A stretch of 63,121 bases of DNA, counting the filler, from Octopus bimaculoides (lineage: Eukaryota): the NCBI RefSeq assembly GCF_001194135.2. It is 5 parts of 5 records of this genome, joined end to end, with 100 filler letters (N's around TTAATTAATTAA, not from the genome) between each part and the next. Parts side by side here need not be neighbours in the genome. Positions count along the whole stretch, not along the records: positions 1 to 22,590 come from NC_068985.1; 4 more parts are not named here. One strand, 5' to 3'. The notes under the pieces are model-generated. The model was not told the DNA's origin and did no database searches. It saw nothing but the letters and a program-made list of their open reading frames with translations. Positions 1-12,659 of the stretch are shown here, piece by piece. Positions within the stretch are counted from its first letter, which is position 1. Each line of letters starts with the position of its first letter. The translations under genes were made by a program, and so were the position numbers.

Positions 1-59
1 ACTTCGTTGCACTCTCTATTCTTTTATTTTTCCTTGAAAAGGATTTATATTCCACGACT

Positions 60-830
60 CCAATTTCCATTTTCGTCTTTTCCTCCTCTGCTTGTGCTTT
101 CTCTTGCTGTGGCTGTGTGAACTCATATAGGGGGCATTTGGTCTTCATATGACCTCTCTCCCCGCATATATAACAATTTGGTTTTCTTCCCTCGACTACA
201 TTTAACGTTTTCTCGTCCTCCACTTCTATCTGGTAGGGAATTCTTTCTATGTCCTCGAATGTGGCAAAAAGCCACATTTCGAGTCCAAATCCCGACCATT
301 TGCACACTTTTGATTTCGCCACTGTCCCCAATTCCGGCTCCTCCTTGGTTGCAGCCAGTACTGTTGCAACCAACCACTCTGGCTTAATATCTGGTGTAAC
401 TCTGGGAATTCGTATTTTCACACTTCTTCTTCCTCTATAGCTTGGTAGCAATGCTATTTTCTCACTTCTTAATATGTTGGTTGCCTCTTCTATAGTGGCG
501 TACCGAACTTTCTTCCTCTGTTGATGTACGTGGCTTCATTGACAATTTCACCCAGGCACTCCTCGATTTCCTCCTCCGTCACCATTTCAATTTTACCTGT
601 TTCGACAGCCTGTGTACGATACACTACTGTCTTCAGAATTTTATTTTCTTTAGTCTCTTTTGGGGGACAGAATTTGTACGAGTCTCCCTCAACTTCTATC
701 AAATTCCTGCTTCTGGTCACCTCCTCCATATCCAACTTGATTAACTTGGTTTCCAGCGGCACTGGCTTCCTCACCGCAGTGGCCTTGGCGTAGCTCTCCA
801 TACTGGAGACACTACCACTTGACATAGCTG
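60..830 (-). mobile_element. LINE ORF1 (gag-like) remnant, probably L1/Tx1 clade, frameshifted
   Basis: ORF 490-825 continues by frameshift into EEATNILRSEKIALLPSYRGRRSVKIRIPRVTPDIKPEWLVA and then VVEGRKPN-CYICGERGHMKTKC, a CX2CX4HX4C zinc knuckle at 134-175 (minus strand). Clade assignment is inference. Confidence 0.7.
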
Positions 831-950
831 GGGAAAATGCAGCAGCTCACGTTAAATGCAACCATAATAATTCCACAAAAACCACAATTATTCACCGAGA
901 CAGTTTTCACAAAAAAACACAACAGTATTCACAATAATTCACAGAGCCGT

Positions 951-1004
951 TATACCGCGAAGCATTTCGCCCGGCGTGCTAACGATTCTGCCAGCTCGCC
1001 GCCT
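951..1004 (-). mobile_element. 5' fragment of SINE family B (tRNA-like head ggcgagctggcagaatcgttagc)
   Basis: Matches the copies at 37025-37235, 52720-52900 and 61965-62160. Confidence 0.7.
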
Positions 1005-1096
1005 TTACATAGCGAAATAGTAAAATACATACTAACAACTATCTACACCGAGGTAAAAGATTTAGACAAAGTAGTTAACAGAAAAGTCGAAGCAAA

Positions 1097-1368
1097 TGCT
1101 CTAGTGGTTAGAGCAGCGGACGCGCGGTCGAGGTATCGTGTGCTCGAATCTCAGACCGGCGATGTGGGAGTTTATGAGCGAAGCACCTAATCTCCATGCG
1201 GCTCTGGTAGAAGGTAATGGCGAACTCCTGCTGACTCTATCACCACAACTTTCTCTCACTCTTTCCTCCTGCATCTAGCATCTCCCGTCCAGGTGGGGAA
1301 CCTATACGCCAATGAAACCGAGAAACCGGCCCTTTTGAGCCAGGCATGGCTCGAGAAGGAACAAACAA
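1097..1368 (+). mobile_element. tRNA-derived SINE (distinct family)
   Basis: A-box-like tagtggttagagc and degenerate B-box tgctcgaatc, followed by a non-tRNA body and an (aac/aaac) tail. Confidence 0.6.
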
Positions 1369-1673
1369 CAGTTAATACAAAAGTGTAAAAAAAAAGACAA
1401 ATACAATATAAAACACAAAATCTACACTGATTTACAAAATTTAGTGAAGAAAATATGAAGAAAAAACCCCACTCCATGATCAATACCTTGCAAGACTCGA
1501 CAGGGGGGAAATGTTTCTGTGTGAATGGTTTTTGTTTTTTGTTGGTTTTTTTTTGGGGGGGGGGATATTTATTTATTGATTGATTGATTGTGTTTTTCTT
1601 CATAAGTTTGTGAAGAGAAGAAGTATAGTGTCGACGTCTTCTGCAGATTCCCCTCCCAGACCAGTAAAATTGG

Positions 1674-2100
1674 TGCGATTAATGTACAGCCTGAACACTT
1701 GTAGATCAATCTCTCACAGACTAATGCGATTAATGTACAGCCTGAACACTTGTAGATCAATCTCTCACAGACTAATGCGATTAATGTACAGCCTGAACAC
1801 TTGTAGATCAATCTCTCGCAGACTAATGCGATTAATGTACAGCCTGAACACTTGTAGATCAATCTNNNNNNNNNNTGAACACTTGTAGATCAATCTCTCA
1901 CAGACTAATGCGATTAATGTACAGCCTGAACACTTGTAGATCAATCTCTCACAGACTAATGCGATTAATGTACAGCCTGAACACTTGTAGATCAATCTCT
2001 CGCAGACTAATGCGATTAATGTACAGCCTGAACACTTGTAGATCAATCTCTCACAGACTAATGCGATTGATGTTCAGTCTGAGCATCTGCATGTCAATCT
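1674..2100. repeat. 51-bp tandem minisatellite (tgcgattaatgtacagcctgaacacttgtagatcaatctctcacagactaa), about 8 copies, split by a 10-N gap
   Basis: Unit starts at 1674, 1725, 1776, 1827, then 1910, 1961, 2012 and a diverged copy at 2063. There are no spacers. Confidence 0.95.
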
Positions 2101-2771
2101 CAGTGAGCAGCAGAAGCACATTTGATTGAGAAGAATGCCGAGACACAAGTGGAGCGGGTTTAGTGTGGATCACGCCTGGTTATGTTGGGTGCCAAATGCG
2201 TGTCGTGAGCTCAGTGTGGGTCATTCGGGTCGCGTTTGGTTCCAAAGCTAGCTTTGATGTGCAGACGGCCTCTGTGAGAATACTTTCGGTTTTCAGAGCT
2301 TTTCTGTTTCCGTAATTTCGGATAAGAGATTGTGTGGATGTAACAGTCAGATCCTGATCTATTGTTACACTTGACGCTAAAATGTGTGTCTCAGATACCG
2401 ACATTTGTGTATGTTTGTTTATTGTAATCTTTGTACAGTTCTCACATTTGGGAATAAAATTGTAATCATCAGCCCTTCTCTTACATTCAACAAATATTAC
2501 CCTTGTCGGCGAAATTGTTTTGTCGTGAAATAATCTAGCTCAAATTGGAGTTCGTTCCATGGTTGCATTCTGCGTGCTGGCTTCCTATGTCTACTCTGTA
2601 AATGCGATTAAAAGGTGTTGTCTTTGAGACTTAATGTAATTTAGCCACAATATTTGAATCGATTGCATTTCTTAGCTTTTACTTTTCTCTGGAAACGATA
2701 TTAATAAGTAAAATGTCTATGCATGTGTTCGTGGGCAAGAGAGAGACACACACAGAGAGAAAGAGTACATG

Positions 2772-2804
<33 letters not shown>

Positions 2805-3459
2805 NNNNNNNNNNNNNNNNNNNNNNNNNNNNNNNNNNNNNNNNNNNNNNNNNNNNNNNNNNNNNNNNNNNNNNNNNNNNNNNNNNNNNNNNNNNNNNNN
2901 NNNNNNNNNNNNNNNNNNNNNNNNNNNNNNNNNNNNNNNNNNNNNNNNNNNNNNNNNNNNNNNNNNNNNNNNNNNNNNNNNNNNNNNNNNNNNNNNNNNN
3001 NNNNNNNNNNNNNNNNNNNNNNNNNNNNNNNNNNNNNNNNNNNNNNNNNNNNTATATATATATATATATATGTATATATATGGGTGGGGTGTAACAAATA
3101 GCTTCCTAGAATCTAAACCAGGATTCAAANNNNNNNNNNNNNNNNNNNNNNNNNNNNNNNNNNNNNNNNNNNNNNNNNNNNNNNNNNNNNNNNNNNNNNN
3201 NNNNNNNNNNNNNNNNNNNNNNNNNNNNNCAAAACCTAATCAGACAAGAATTAATGAAACCTAAACTAATGCAACACTAATTAGACATAAACTACAGAAA
3301 CATATTTAATGTTGCATAACATATTGAGCTTCAGTTTAATGACACATAAACTAATTAGACATAAATTAATGGGGCATACAATAATGAAACATAACTAATG
3401 ACACATAATGAGAGTAATATGAAAAAAACATTAAGATAAATTAATGTGACCTTATTTGT

Positions 3460-4273
3460 CCTCTGTCGAGATGTCCCTGTGATTCTCAGAGTATCCTAGC
3501 AGGGTCACATCAAGACAGCAAGGTGAGGTTCCAGACTCAATGTAGTACATCATTCCAAATCATTAATAGTAGGTAACAAAGAAGATGTGAAATTAACTCC
3601 CACAATGCCTCAGAAGGCAGAAGAAGGCTGCAGTAGATCTTTAAATTCCAATCATTTTGAATCATCTTACCATTAGAGATTACTGAAGATCTACCAAAGA
3701 CTGTGAGTCTGATGACATGCTATACTGCTCGTATATTAAACCAATTAAAGGTGTTTTCCAGCACCAATAGAGTCTTGAACATGTATTTATAAATCTTGTT
3801 GCAATCAACTTCAAGTGACAGATGAAGGACAGTGAATCTGTAAGCTTCTAGTTTAAGCACCACAAACAAATGGTAGATGTTTTATTTAGTTGCTGAACTC
3901 TTTGCATCAAAGCAGGAGAGTTCTTTAGCAGACTTTTTAGGATCCATTCTCCTTGCCTTGCAGTGGAAGGGGGCTGGAAAAAGTGTCCTAGACATAGTCC
4001 ATTTTACCTTATCTACTACAGATAACCATATCTAGAAGGACTCACCAGCCTTGAAGCTGAAACATAAACATTAAATTCAGAACCTGAAACAGCAGACATT
4101 AATGGAAATGAATGACTCCAACATATCATAAAGAAGAACCATTGTAGAAAGAATATCCCCTTAAAGAATCCTGAATACATGACATGAGATTTACTATTAA
4201 GGTCAGCCTTGTTTCCAAGATGATATCTGAACTCTCCATCAATGATAATAATTAATGACCTGTAACTTCACCT
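3460..4273 (-). mobile_element. Highly decayed non-LTR retrotransposon RT fragment
   Basis: Broken-frame minus-strand translations give IIIDGEF, RIL*GDILS (QGDxLS-like) and ELSCFDAKS..K*NI...KIYKY, in RT-motif order but with many stops. Confidence 0.4.
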
Positions 4274-4879
4274 TNNNNNNNNNNNNNNNNNNNNNNNNNN
4301 NNNNNNNNNNNNNNNNNNNNNNNNNNNNNNNNNNNNNNNNNNNNNNNNNNNNNNNNNNNNNNNNNNNNNNNNNNTAAACAAGTAGTTTTAAGCATTCAAT
4401 ATACATTTAATGCAAATGCGATGACCAGCACGTTACAAATTAAATATAATTTTAAAAAATAAACATTTTGTTGACCAGTTCATAAATGCATATGCTCAAT
4501 TGTCAACAAATAGGTAAAATAAGTGGTTTCAGTACATTTGTCAACACGTGCTTTCTCGCAGTCAAAAGAGATCTCATGTTCTGCTCGTTACTATGGAAAC
4601 AGGCATGAATGTTTCTGTGGCTTACGATTGGCGAAAATTACCAAAATTTTCAAAATTTATTTCCTAATGATTTTCTATTTATTGATTTATAACGAAAATG
4701 GTTTTCACGTTATTAATTAGTAATAAGTGTGTCGTTACACTGAATTTGAAATCAATTCGAACAGAATTGATGCTGGCAGCCAAACCGATTAGATCTTAAT
4801 TCTCTTCTCTCATTTATTTGCCACATATAATTCGTTGCAAACACACTCACACACGCGTGTGTGTGTGCGCGCGCGCACA

Positions 4880-5030
4880 GCTAAGATCGTTAGAATGAGC
4901 GGATAGATTTCTAAGCAGTAAACGTTCCGGCTCTCTGCATTCTGAGTTCAAATTCCGCCGAGGTCAATTTTGCCTTTCGTGCTTCCAGGAGAATATACAT
5001 AAATTGCTGGTCGTGGACTGGAGTCGATAC
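4880..5030 (+). mobile_element. SINE family B, degenerate and truncated
   Basis: Contains cattctgagttcaaattccgccgaggtcaattttgcctttc, the B-box and body shared with other copies. Confidence 0.75.
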
Positions 5031-5037
5031 TTCTCTT

Positions 5038-5449
5038 GGCGGAGACGGACTATATGTAATCTGAACCTTTCCCTCCTTATTTATTTATTTTTTTTTTTTA
5101 CTGAATCCCACGTTTTAGGCAATGGATATTCCGATTCCTAACTCAAAACCTAACCCTAACCCCGACCCTAACCCTAACCCTAACCCCGTTTGCCAAAGCG
5201 CATTTTTTCCTTCATATTTATTTCCTATAAGGTGCACTTCAACTACTACACTATTTTTTTTTCACTTTTTCCACCGGGTGTCGATCTATATAAAAACTGG
5301 GGGGGAGGGGGATAATCGAAATTTTGAATTTGAGATTTTTGAAAATTTTTTTTCAGAATCGGAATCTCCATAGCTTAAAACGTGGTATTCCGTAAAAAAA
5401 TAATAAATAAGCGGGGAAAGGTTCAGATTACATATAGTCCGTCTCCGCC
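5038..5449. mobile_element. Non-autonomous DNA transposon (MITE) with 36-bp perfect TIRs, 8-bp TSD and internal (CCCTAA)n-like tract
   Basis: ggcggagacggactatatgtaatctgaacctttccc at 5038-5073 and its exact reverse complement at 5414-5449. TSD cttctctt at 5030-5037 and 5450-5457. aaccct hexamers at about 5137-5187. Confidence 0.92.
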
Positions 5450-6299
5450 CTTCTCTTTCCTTCTGGCTTTTTCTCTTCTAAAAGAAATAAGCTATGATTA
5501 GATCCGAAGAGGGGCAGACCCCGAGGTTAAAATTACCAAAGACATTATGTCTCGGTGTCCCCTACATTACGATTCTATCAACGGGTTGAAGACTCAAAGC
5601 AAGGTCAGGCATAGACATATACAGAGATTGAACCAAAAGTAATACAAATGTAAATACGTAGCGGAATGTGGTATTGTCAGGTGTAGCAGATAATATCAGG
5701 CGCGTTGGACCAGTATCGATGAAAAACATCATTTATTTAATCGTAGTTGTATTTACTTATTTGATACTTGAAACTTGATTTAAAATATTAAACAAATATG
5801 CCGCTACATAATGTTAGCCAACTACTTCGAGTCAGCGAAATTGTGTACACCAAGAAATGTGCGAAGTAAAACGGAAGTAAGAACGTGGAGAGAATGTTGA
5901 TGGGGCGAGACAGTATAAATACATACTTTGTGTCTGTGTGTGCCCATCACTGCTGCTGTGTTATCTCTCTGCCGGGTTTTACTCTGTCGGGTCCGTGGCT
6001 ATCTCTCTAGTTCCCTTCAGCTCATTGTTTTTGTCTGCCTACAAAGCACTGGCATTTATAGTGGCCCGTTCCAGCTAGAAGGGTGGATATATCATTATAA
6101 TAGTAGCCTGTACACATTTAGGTCACTTGCTGTCCATTTGAACTTTCCGTAACACAGCCAGGTCGGAGGTCGAATGGAAACACATCAATCAATGTTCCTT
6201 TTCACACAACAGAGATTTTCCCGCTTGCTTTGACACGAGAGAACTTTTGGATTCGATTTCGAATCTCAGCCAGGAAGAGAAATTCAGTTTCTACATTTT

Positions 6300-7375
6300 T
6301 TTTTCTTCGTTTATCAACATGCACAGTTTGTTCAGTCAGCGTAGTCTCTATCAAAAGCAATGTATTTGCATTGTCATTGAATCCAACTTTCAAATCCGCT
6401 TTGAAAAACTTCGGGTGTACACTGATGTACTCACTTCTTTACGGCCAATTTTTATCTTGTCTAAATTATCAACTCATTGTCTCTGAAGGCTCTCCTTCAT
6501 CGAACCGAGCAGACTGAAGTCAGACGATACTAGATCCAGGTTGTACATTGAACGGCAAAGTACCGATTAGCCAATTTGCAAATTTGTTGTCAAAAATGTG
6601 TGTGGTTGCACATTGTCATGGTGAATGGAGATTGTTTTTAGATTCTTGATCGGTCTCTTCCACCTTAGAGAATCTAAACTTTTTATCGTTTCAGAGTAAC
6701 TCTCAGGAATTCAATGTCGCCATGACATTCTCTGACGATTACTGACTTTTTAATTTCATACGTCTTGAAGAAGGGTGTGACGCCATTCTATGAGTTGAAC
6801 CTTCGTTCCCAGCTCATCCACGTTCCATCCCCAGTCAACAGATTGGGAAAGAATGTGTCTTCATTGGTTTCCAACACTCATCAGATAAGTGCAGACTATC
6901 GCCCTTCTCTCCTTCAAATGGGTATCAGCTGCCTTGGAAATCACTTTGTCCACACTTTCTGATACACAAAGTCTTCCACCACAGTCCACTTATGCAACAA
7001 TCTCACAGATTGTGACTCACCTGTATGCGAATCAATCCACCCACTCAGTAGTGATTCATATTAGTAGTGGCAGTTGATGCATACTTTATCTTAAATGCTG
7101 ATTTCGACTTCATTCAACTTTGTCATCCACCTGTGTGCATTGCTCTTGTCAACGGTGACACCGTGAATGTTGGACAGCACGCATTTCCTCCTTCATAAGG
7201 GACTCGATGACAGCACGTTGCTTTGCTGCTGTCTACAACTCAATATTTGTCTGCGTCGAAGAACGAGAAGAGTTACTATAGAGGAAGAATCACTCTACCA
7301 ACATGGAGAATTTAAATACCTTATGTCAATTAATAAAAATGAATGGTTTTGCTCTATTTTTGATATAACTCGTGT
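6300..7375 (-). mobile_element. Decayed mariner transposon (transposase pseudogene)
   Basis: Broken frames give KQRAVIESLMKEE, GVTVDKSNAHRWM (HTH), EWRH..S..KLKSQ*S.ENVMAT, and a C-terminal VFQSGFESWIQ*QCKYIAFDRDY. Confidence 0.7.
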
Positions 7376-7879
7376 GCGCGTGCGTATGTGTGACAGAGAG
7401 AGAGAGAGATAGAAGTTTTTAAAATTTGCTATCTCGAACGTATATTTTATGTTTAAAACCTAATGAAGTCCTACAGGAAAATGAAACCACGACGTCTGTA
7501 CTGCAAGTTTTTACATCAACACGATGCCCTTGTATCAAACCGATTAATTCTTTGTGAAAGTTCATTTAACTTGTTACCATGTGATATTAAGAAGAAACAA
7601 CTGAAGTCACTGAGAAACTACGCCTTATTTTATACGGAGTGAACTAATTAGCTTTGGGAAGTTAATTTGACAAATTTTCAGCGCACTAAGATTATTATTT
7701 TAAACATTTTAAAAATTATCAAGACGACTATGGTAAAACTGGATATCAAATTGAGGAGAAGAAGAATGTTAATGATCGTATTGGTAGTCGTTGTAGTGAC
7801 TATAGTGGTAATGGTTGAGATGGTGGCAATGGCTGAGATGATGATGATGATGATGACGATGATGCCGCTGTCAGTGGTA

Positions 7880-8425
7880 TTGGGGCTATGATTTGTGCAG
7901 TACAACACTATGTATATGAGAAACTTTGTGCCGAATAGCACTATATGCACCATGAGAGTCTTCACACAATAGCACTATGTACTCAATGACAGTAAGTACA
8001 CTATGGTACTATGTGCAGTTATGACAGCATATACACTACGGTATTAAGGTCAGCGTCCCGCTATAAACAATAAGGTATCATGTGCAATATGTGCACTATT
8101 GCACAATTTGCAGTACGACGCTATGTGAATCAATACTGTAAGTGCATCATGGCACAATGGACACTATAATAGCATATGCAGTACTACACTATGTACAAGT
8201 AATGTACTATGACGCTATGTGCAGTATGGCAGTATGTGCAAATGAACAATAATGTGATGTGCAATATAATAGTATGTGCACTATGGTACTATGTGCACTA
8301 TGGTACTATATGCATTGACAGAATGTACAGAATGACATTCTGCACTATGACAGTAAATTCTCAATATTTGCACTATGACAGTATGTAGACTATGACCGTA
8401 TAAACAGTATGCTAGTATGTACCAC
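7880..8425. repeat. Degenerate minisatellite built on gcactatg/cagtatg motifs
   Basis: Recurrent cactatg, gtactatg and gacagtat motifs at roughly 8-18 bp spacing. Confidence 0.65.
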
Positions 8426-8427
8426 TA

Positions 8428-9105
8428 AGAGATGTGCTCAACTGGTGAAGGTCAAGCAACCGATAAGCAAATCTGTGGTATTAAGCAGAATATTTGCTGT
8501 ACCCATCTTTTACACCAAGACAACATTTATACATGATAATGCTTCCAGTCAGTTAAGATCAGAAGCCATAAGAGCCATTGTCTGAAACTGCATCAAGTTA
8601 CTGAGACTGCTATTGAGTGAGAGAGCAGCACATGCCATCAAAGTGACACTGATGTACAAATATATGAAGCATCACAACCATATACGCGTGACATGGTAAA
8701 TTCATGTCAAGATAAACAGTGCATGACCTTGCAGGTGGGGCCCAATTAGAATTTTCTTCAGGGTGAGCAGCCCATCCCATTCAAAAGGTCCCAGAATAAG
8801 AGTTGCTTAGGAATGTTGAACAAAACATCCATGTTTCCAAAGGTGAGTTATTCAAACCCCAAAGAATTCCTCTCAATACATGGCTATGATGCTCCCCAAC
8901 TACTTCTGCTCGTGATCAGAAATGCACATATTGTCAGCTACCAAAGAGACATGCTCAACCAGTTAAGGTCAAATGACCAACAAGCAAATCTGCGGTATTG
9001 AGCAGAATATTTGCTGCAGCCCATCTTTTACACCTAGACAAAATGTGTACATGAAAATACTTTCAATCAGTTAAGATCAGCACCCATGAGAGCCAGTGCT
9101 TCACC
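8428..9105 (-). mobile_element. Dispersed repeat family D (probable LINE 3'UTR or SINE), one long copy plus a partial duplicate
   Basis: About 8610-9020 is the reverse complement of 33615-34065. 8428-8580 repeats 8943-9100. Confidence 0.75.
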
Positions 9106-10965
9106 TTATGCGATACATCATAGAGAGGGCTGGGACTCCAGCTGGCTTCGGGGTGCTCTGATCCATTTGTATCAATCAAAAGCATTCGATAGGGTTGACC
9201 ATCGCCACTTGGAAGCCATCGTAAAAGCAGGCGGTTTCGGTCCCGTTTTCAGAGGCTGGATCGCTGCAATGCACAGCGGCACCTCTTCAGTGGTCAAAGT
9301 AAACGGCCACCTATCGGAGCCGTTTGGCATCGCACGCTCGGTCCGTCATGGCTGCCCGCTGTCACCTCTTCTATACGTATTGGCACTCGAGCCACTGTTG
9401 AGGAAGTTGGAACAGCTAAGGGGCTTCCCTTTCGAACTGGGACAAGAATGGGCAGTATCAGCATACACGGACGACGTCACTGTCATGGTGCCGGATGCCA
9501 CCGAAGTGGAGACGGTCGGCACCNNNNNNNNNNNNNNNNNNNNNNNNNNNNNNNNNNNNNNNNNNNNNNNNNNNNNNNNNNNNNNNNNNNNNNNNNNNNN
9601 NNNNNNNNNNNNNNNNNNNNNNNNNNNNNNNNNNNNNNNNNNNNNNNNNNNNNNNNNNNNNNNNNNNNNNNNNNNNNNNNNNNNNNNNNNNNNNNNNNNN
9701 NNNNNNNNNNNNNNNNNNNNNNNNNNNNNNNNNNNNNNNNNNNNNNNNNNNNNNNNNNNNNNNNNNNNNNNNNNNNNNNNNNNNNNNNNNNNNNNNNNNN
9801 NNNNNNNNNNNNNNNNNNNNNNNNNNNNNNNNNNNNNNNNNNNNNNNNNNNNNNNNNNNNNNNNNNNNNNNNNNNNNNNNNNNNNNNNNNNNNNNNNNNN
9901 NNNNNNNNNNNNNNNNNNNNNNNNNNNNNNNNNNNNNNNNNNNNNNNNNNNNNNNNNNNNNNNNNNNNNNNNNNNNNNNNNNNNNNNNNNNNNNNNNNNN
10001 NNNNNNNNNNNNNNNNNNNNNNNNNNNNNNNNNAGAAATTTATGGAGGATTAGTGGTGGAGAAGTGCGACGACGCTCTTGGGGGAGACTCTGGGTACCGA
10101 CAAGAACGAACTGCTAGTCTGTAACAGAGGACTTTCTGGTCGGGAACTATCATGGATAATTTCCAGATGTCCTTGGCCTGTCAGTGCTACCGGGGTGCGT
10201 TACCGGCTCAAGATAAACTCTACAGGCATGGATGTGTTGTGAAACGGACTTGTCCGAGGTGTGCGCAGGGTGACGAAACTGTTCTGCATGCTCTTGTTCA
10301 GTGTCTGGGCCTTGCTGACTTGTGGGGTTATGTTGAACAGCTGCTGTCATGTGTGGGACGGATCCATCTGTCAGCCGAATCTGTAGTGAAGATCATGCCG
10401 CTGCCCTCCTTCAATTGGGCAGGCAAGGCAGATTTCCTTTGCCCAGTGGCTATGGCAGAAGAGGTTGTTTGGTGGAAAAAGTTGAAAGGCATGAGGACAG
10501 ATACATTCCTCTTTGGTAGAGCTTTCATTGACTTTTTCAAGTTTCACTTGAAAAGGAAATTGAGAGTGGAGAGGGAAGTGCTATCCTTGAGTGAGTTTAT
10601 TGAAAGGTGGGTGAAAGTTGCGAAAATGGCAAGAGTAGATGGTACCTTTCTAAGTGTAAACCTGTGAGTTGGAGAGAAGGAATTGTTGAGGGCACTTGCT
10701 CCTAGCGTTTCAGGGAAATCTTGGACAGTGTGGTTCCTTATCCCTAGAGGCATTCCTGTATCAGAAGGGTCACATCTCTATCATCCCCACCCACCCGCTA
10801 TTTTTTTTCTTTACCTTTGTATGCTATGCATATGCCTCTTCTTTTTCAGTGTATACCATGTATACTTACCTTTTTTTATCATTTAATTATTATATGTAAA
10901 TCCCCACACTTTATGTCTGTCTCTGAATTGTCCCCCCTCATCCTTCGCCCTTGTGGCAAATAAAT
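9105..10965 (+). mobile_element. 5'-truncated L1/Tx1-clade LINE: ORF2 RT, C-terminal CCHC and 3'UTR
   Basis: QSKAFDRVDH...VNGHLSEPF...SVRHGCPLSPLLYVLALEPL...SAYTDDVTV; after the gap, CPRCAQGDETVLHALVQC; stop at 10667; aataaa near 10958-10963 followed by (ATT)n. Confidence 0.9.
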
Positions 10966-10969
10966 GAAA

Positions 10970-10970
<1 letters not shown>

Positions 10971-11048
<78 letters not shown>

Positions 11049-11066
11049 CATCATTATTGTTATTAT
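10971..11066. repeat. (ATT)n microsatellite
   Basis: Direct reading. Confidence 0.95.
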
Positions 11067-11634
11067 TAGTCAATTCATTAGCATTTAACCAATTCACGAA
11101 ATTATTGTTCAGTAATCATTTGGTCAATCAGTCACTCTGTTTGGTTTGTTTAAATTTTTTCAACACTCAAATTCACATCATGAATCTTGTAAACCAAATG
11201 CAAAAACAAAATATTCTAAGCTCAAGCTAACCAGATCCTGAAAAACATCGTGTTCTGCAGCTTCAAGATCTAAATAGCCACCCAACAGCTTCAGCTGTTA
11301 AGAGAATGCATCAACTCCTAGTTGTATCCCTACTACATCAATTCAGCAATAAATACAAATATAGCGCCTTTAAACTAGAAGACAGGCAGACAAACCTGAA
11401 GCACACCTGGAGCAGAGAGAGTATGTCATTAATGATGTCATGAACAGTAACAAAATTTTTTAACAAACCTAACTGATTGATTAACCAAACGATTCATCAA
11501 ACATTCGATTAGTTAATTTATTAAAAGTTAACAAATTGAGTAATAAGAATGAACGAACCAGTGCATGTGTTTATTATTTGTGTAATCATCTTCCTGACTC
11601 ACATCAAGAATTTTGTAAGCCAATTGTAAAAACT

Positions 11635-11745
11635 AAGGGTGTTCAGTGCTAGAAACCATACCAAAGCAGACATTAGAGCCTGGCACAGCCCTCTCTGGCT
11701 TGTCAGTTCATGTCAAATTGTCCAATCCATGCCTGTAATGGAAGN
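11635..11745 (+). mobile_element. Repeat family C fragment (RTE-type 3' end, (GAT)n tail family)
   Basis: Similar to 24295-24440. After the gap comes a (GGT)/(GAT)/(GTA) microsatellite at 11810-11887. Confidence 0.55.
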
Positions 11746-11854
11746 NNNNNNNNNNNNNNNNNNNNNNNNNNNNNNNNNNNNNNNNNNNNNNNNNNNNNNN
11801 NNNNNNNNNGGCGGTGGTGGTGGTGGTGGTGATGATGATGATGATGATGATGAT

Positions 11855-11887
<33 letters not shown>

Positions 11888-12659
11888 TACAGAAAGAGAA
11901 ATGGAGAAATATATATTTTGGAGTTTGTATATATTTAAGCATGTAGATATATATAAGGTACAGATTTAGGTGCTTTTGGTGCTATTTTTCTAATGTTGTT
12001 ATTCTGGGGTCATACTGCTTTAATATTTGCTTCAGATGAAAAACAAAGCTACACATTTGAATAGAGATGAGACTGGATGAGGTTCATGTGTTTTTCCAAA
12101 GTAAGTGAATCAAGTTACTTTAGTTCAGGCTAGTACTGAAAGTTTCCCAACAAACTTAACCCTTACTTCACACCAGTCACATTATGTGTTACTTATCTTA
12201 GAAACATGATACAATTCAATAAAAGATAGAATTACCTCAGATGGAAACTCACAGTTCATAAGTCTGTTTTTAATTTAATTATGTTTTCAAACCAAATATT
12301 TTTGTAATTTTAGTTTCCTTATGCACTTCCACAGAAAATTAATTCATTAATTTGTTTCAATGTTATTTTAACTTTATGGCAGTATCGTGGGTTTTTAAGT
12401 ATGCCCTAATTAAATATTTCATTGAAATATTAATTGGTGTGATTTCAGATTATTTTTTTGTATGTTGGGGAAAGAGGAGGGCTTTCAATCAGATGAAGTA
12501 GAGCAAGCATCCATGACTCTTTTTTGTGTCTCCATTATTTGTAGGAGGAAGGAACAAAATTATTCTGAGGTTAGAGACTTAAAAGCTTGCAACAAACCTT
12601 GAAGAGCAAGGGGACCAAGTAATTTTATATGTCTACAACCCAAACACAAGGTGACTCCT

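Noticed and set aside
1674-2100. CRISPR-like array
   Set aside because: The units are contiguous with no unique spacers, there are no cas genes, and the context is eukaryotic.
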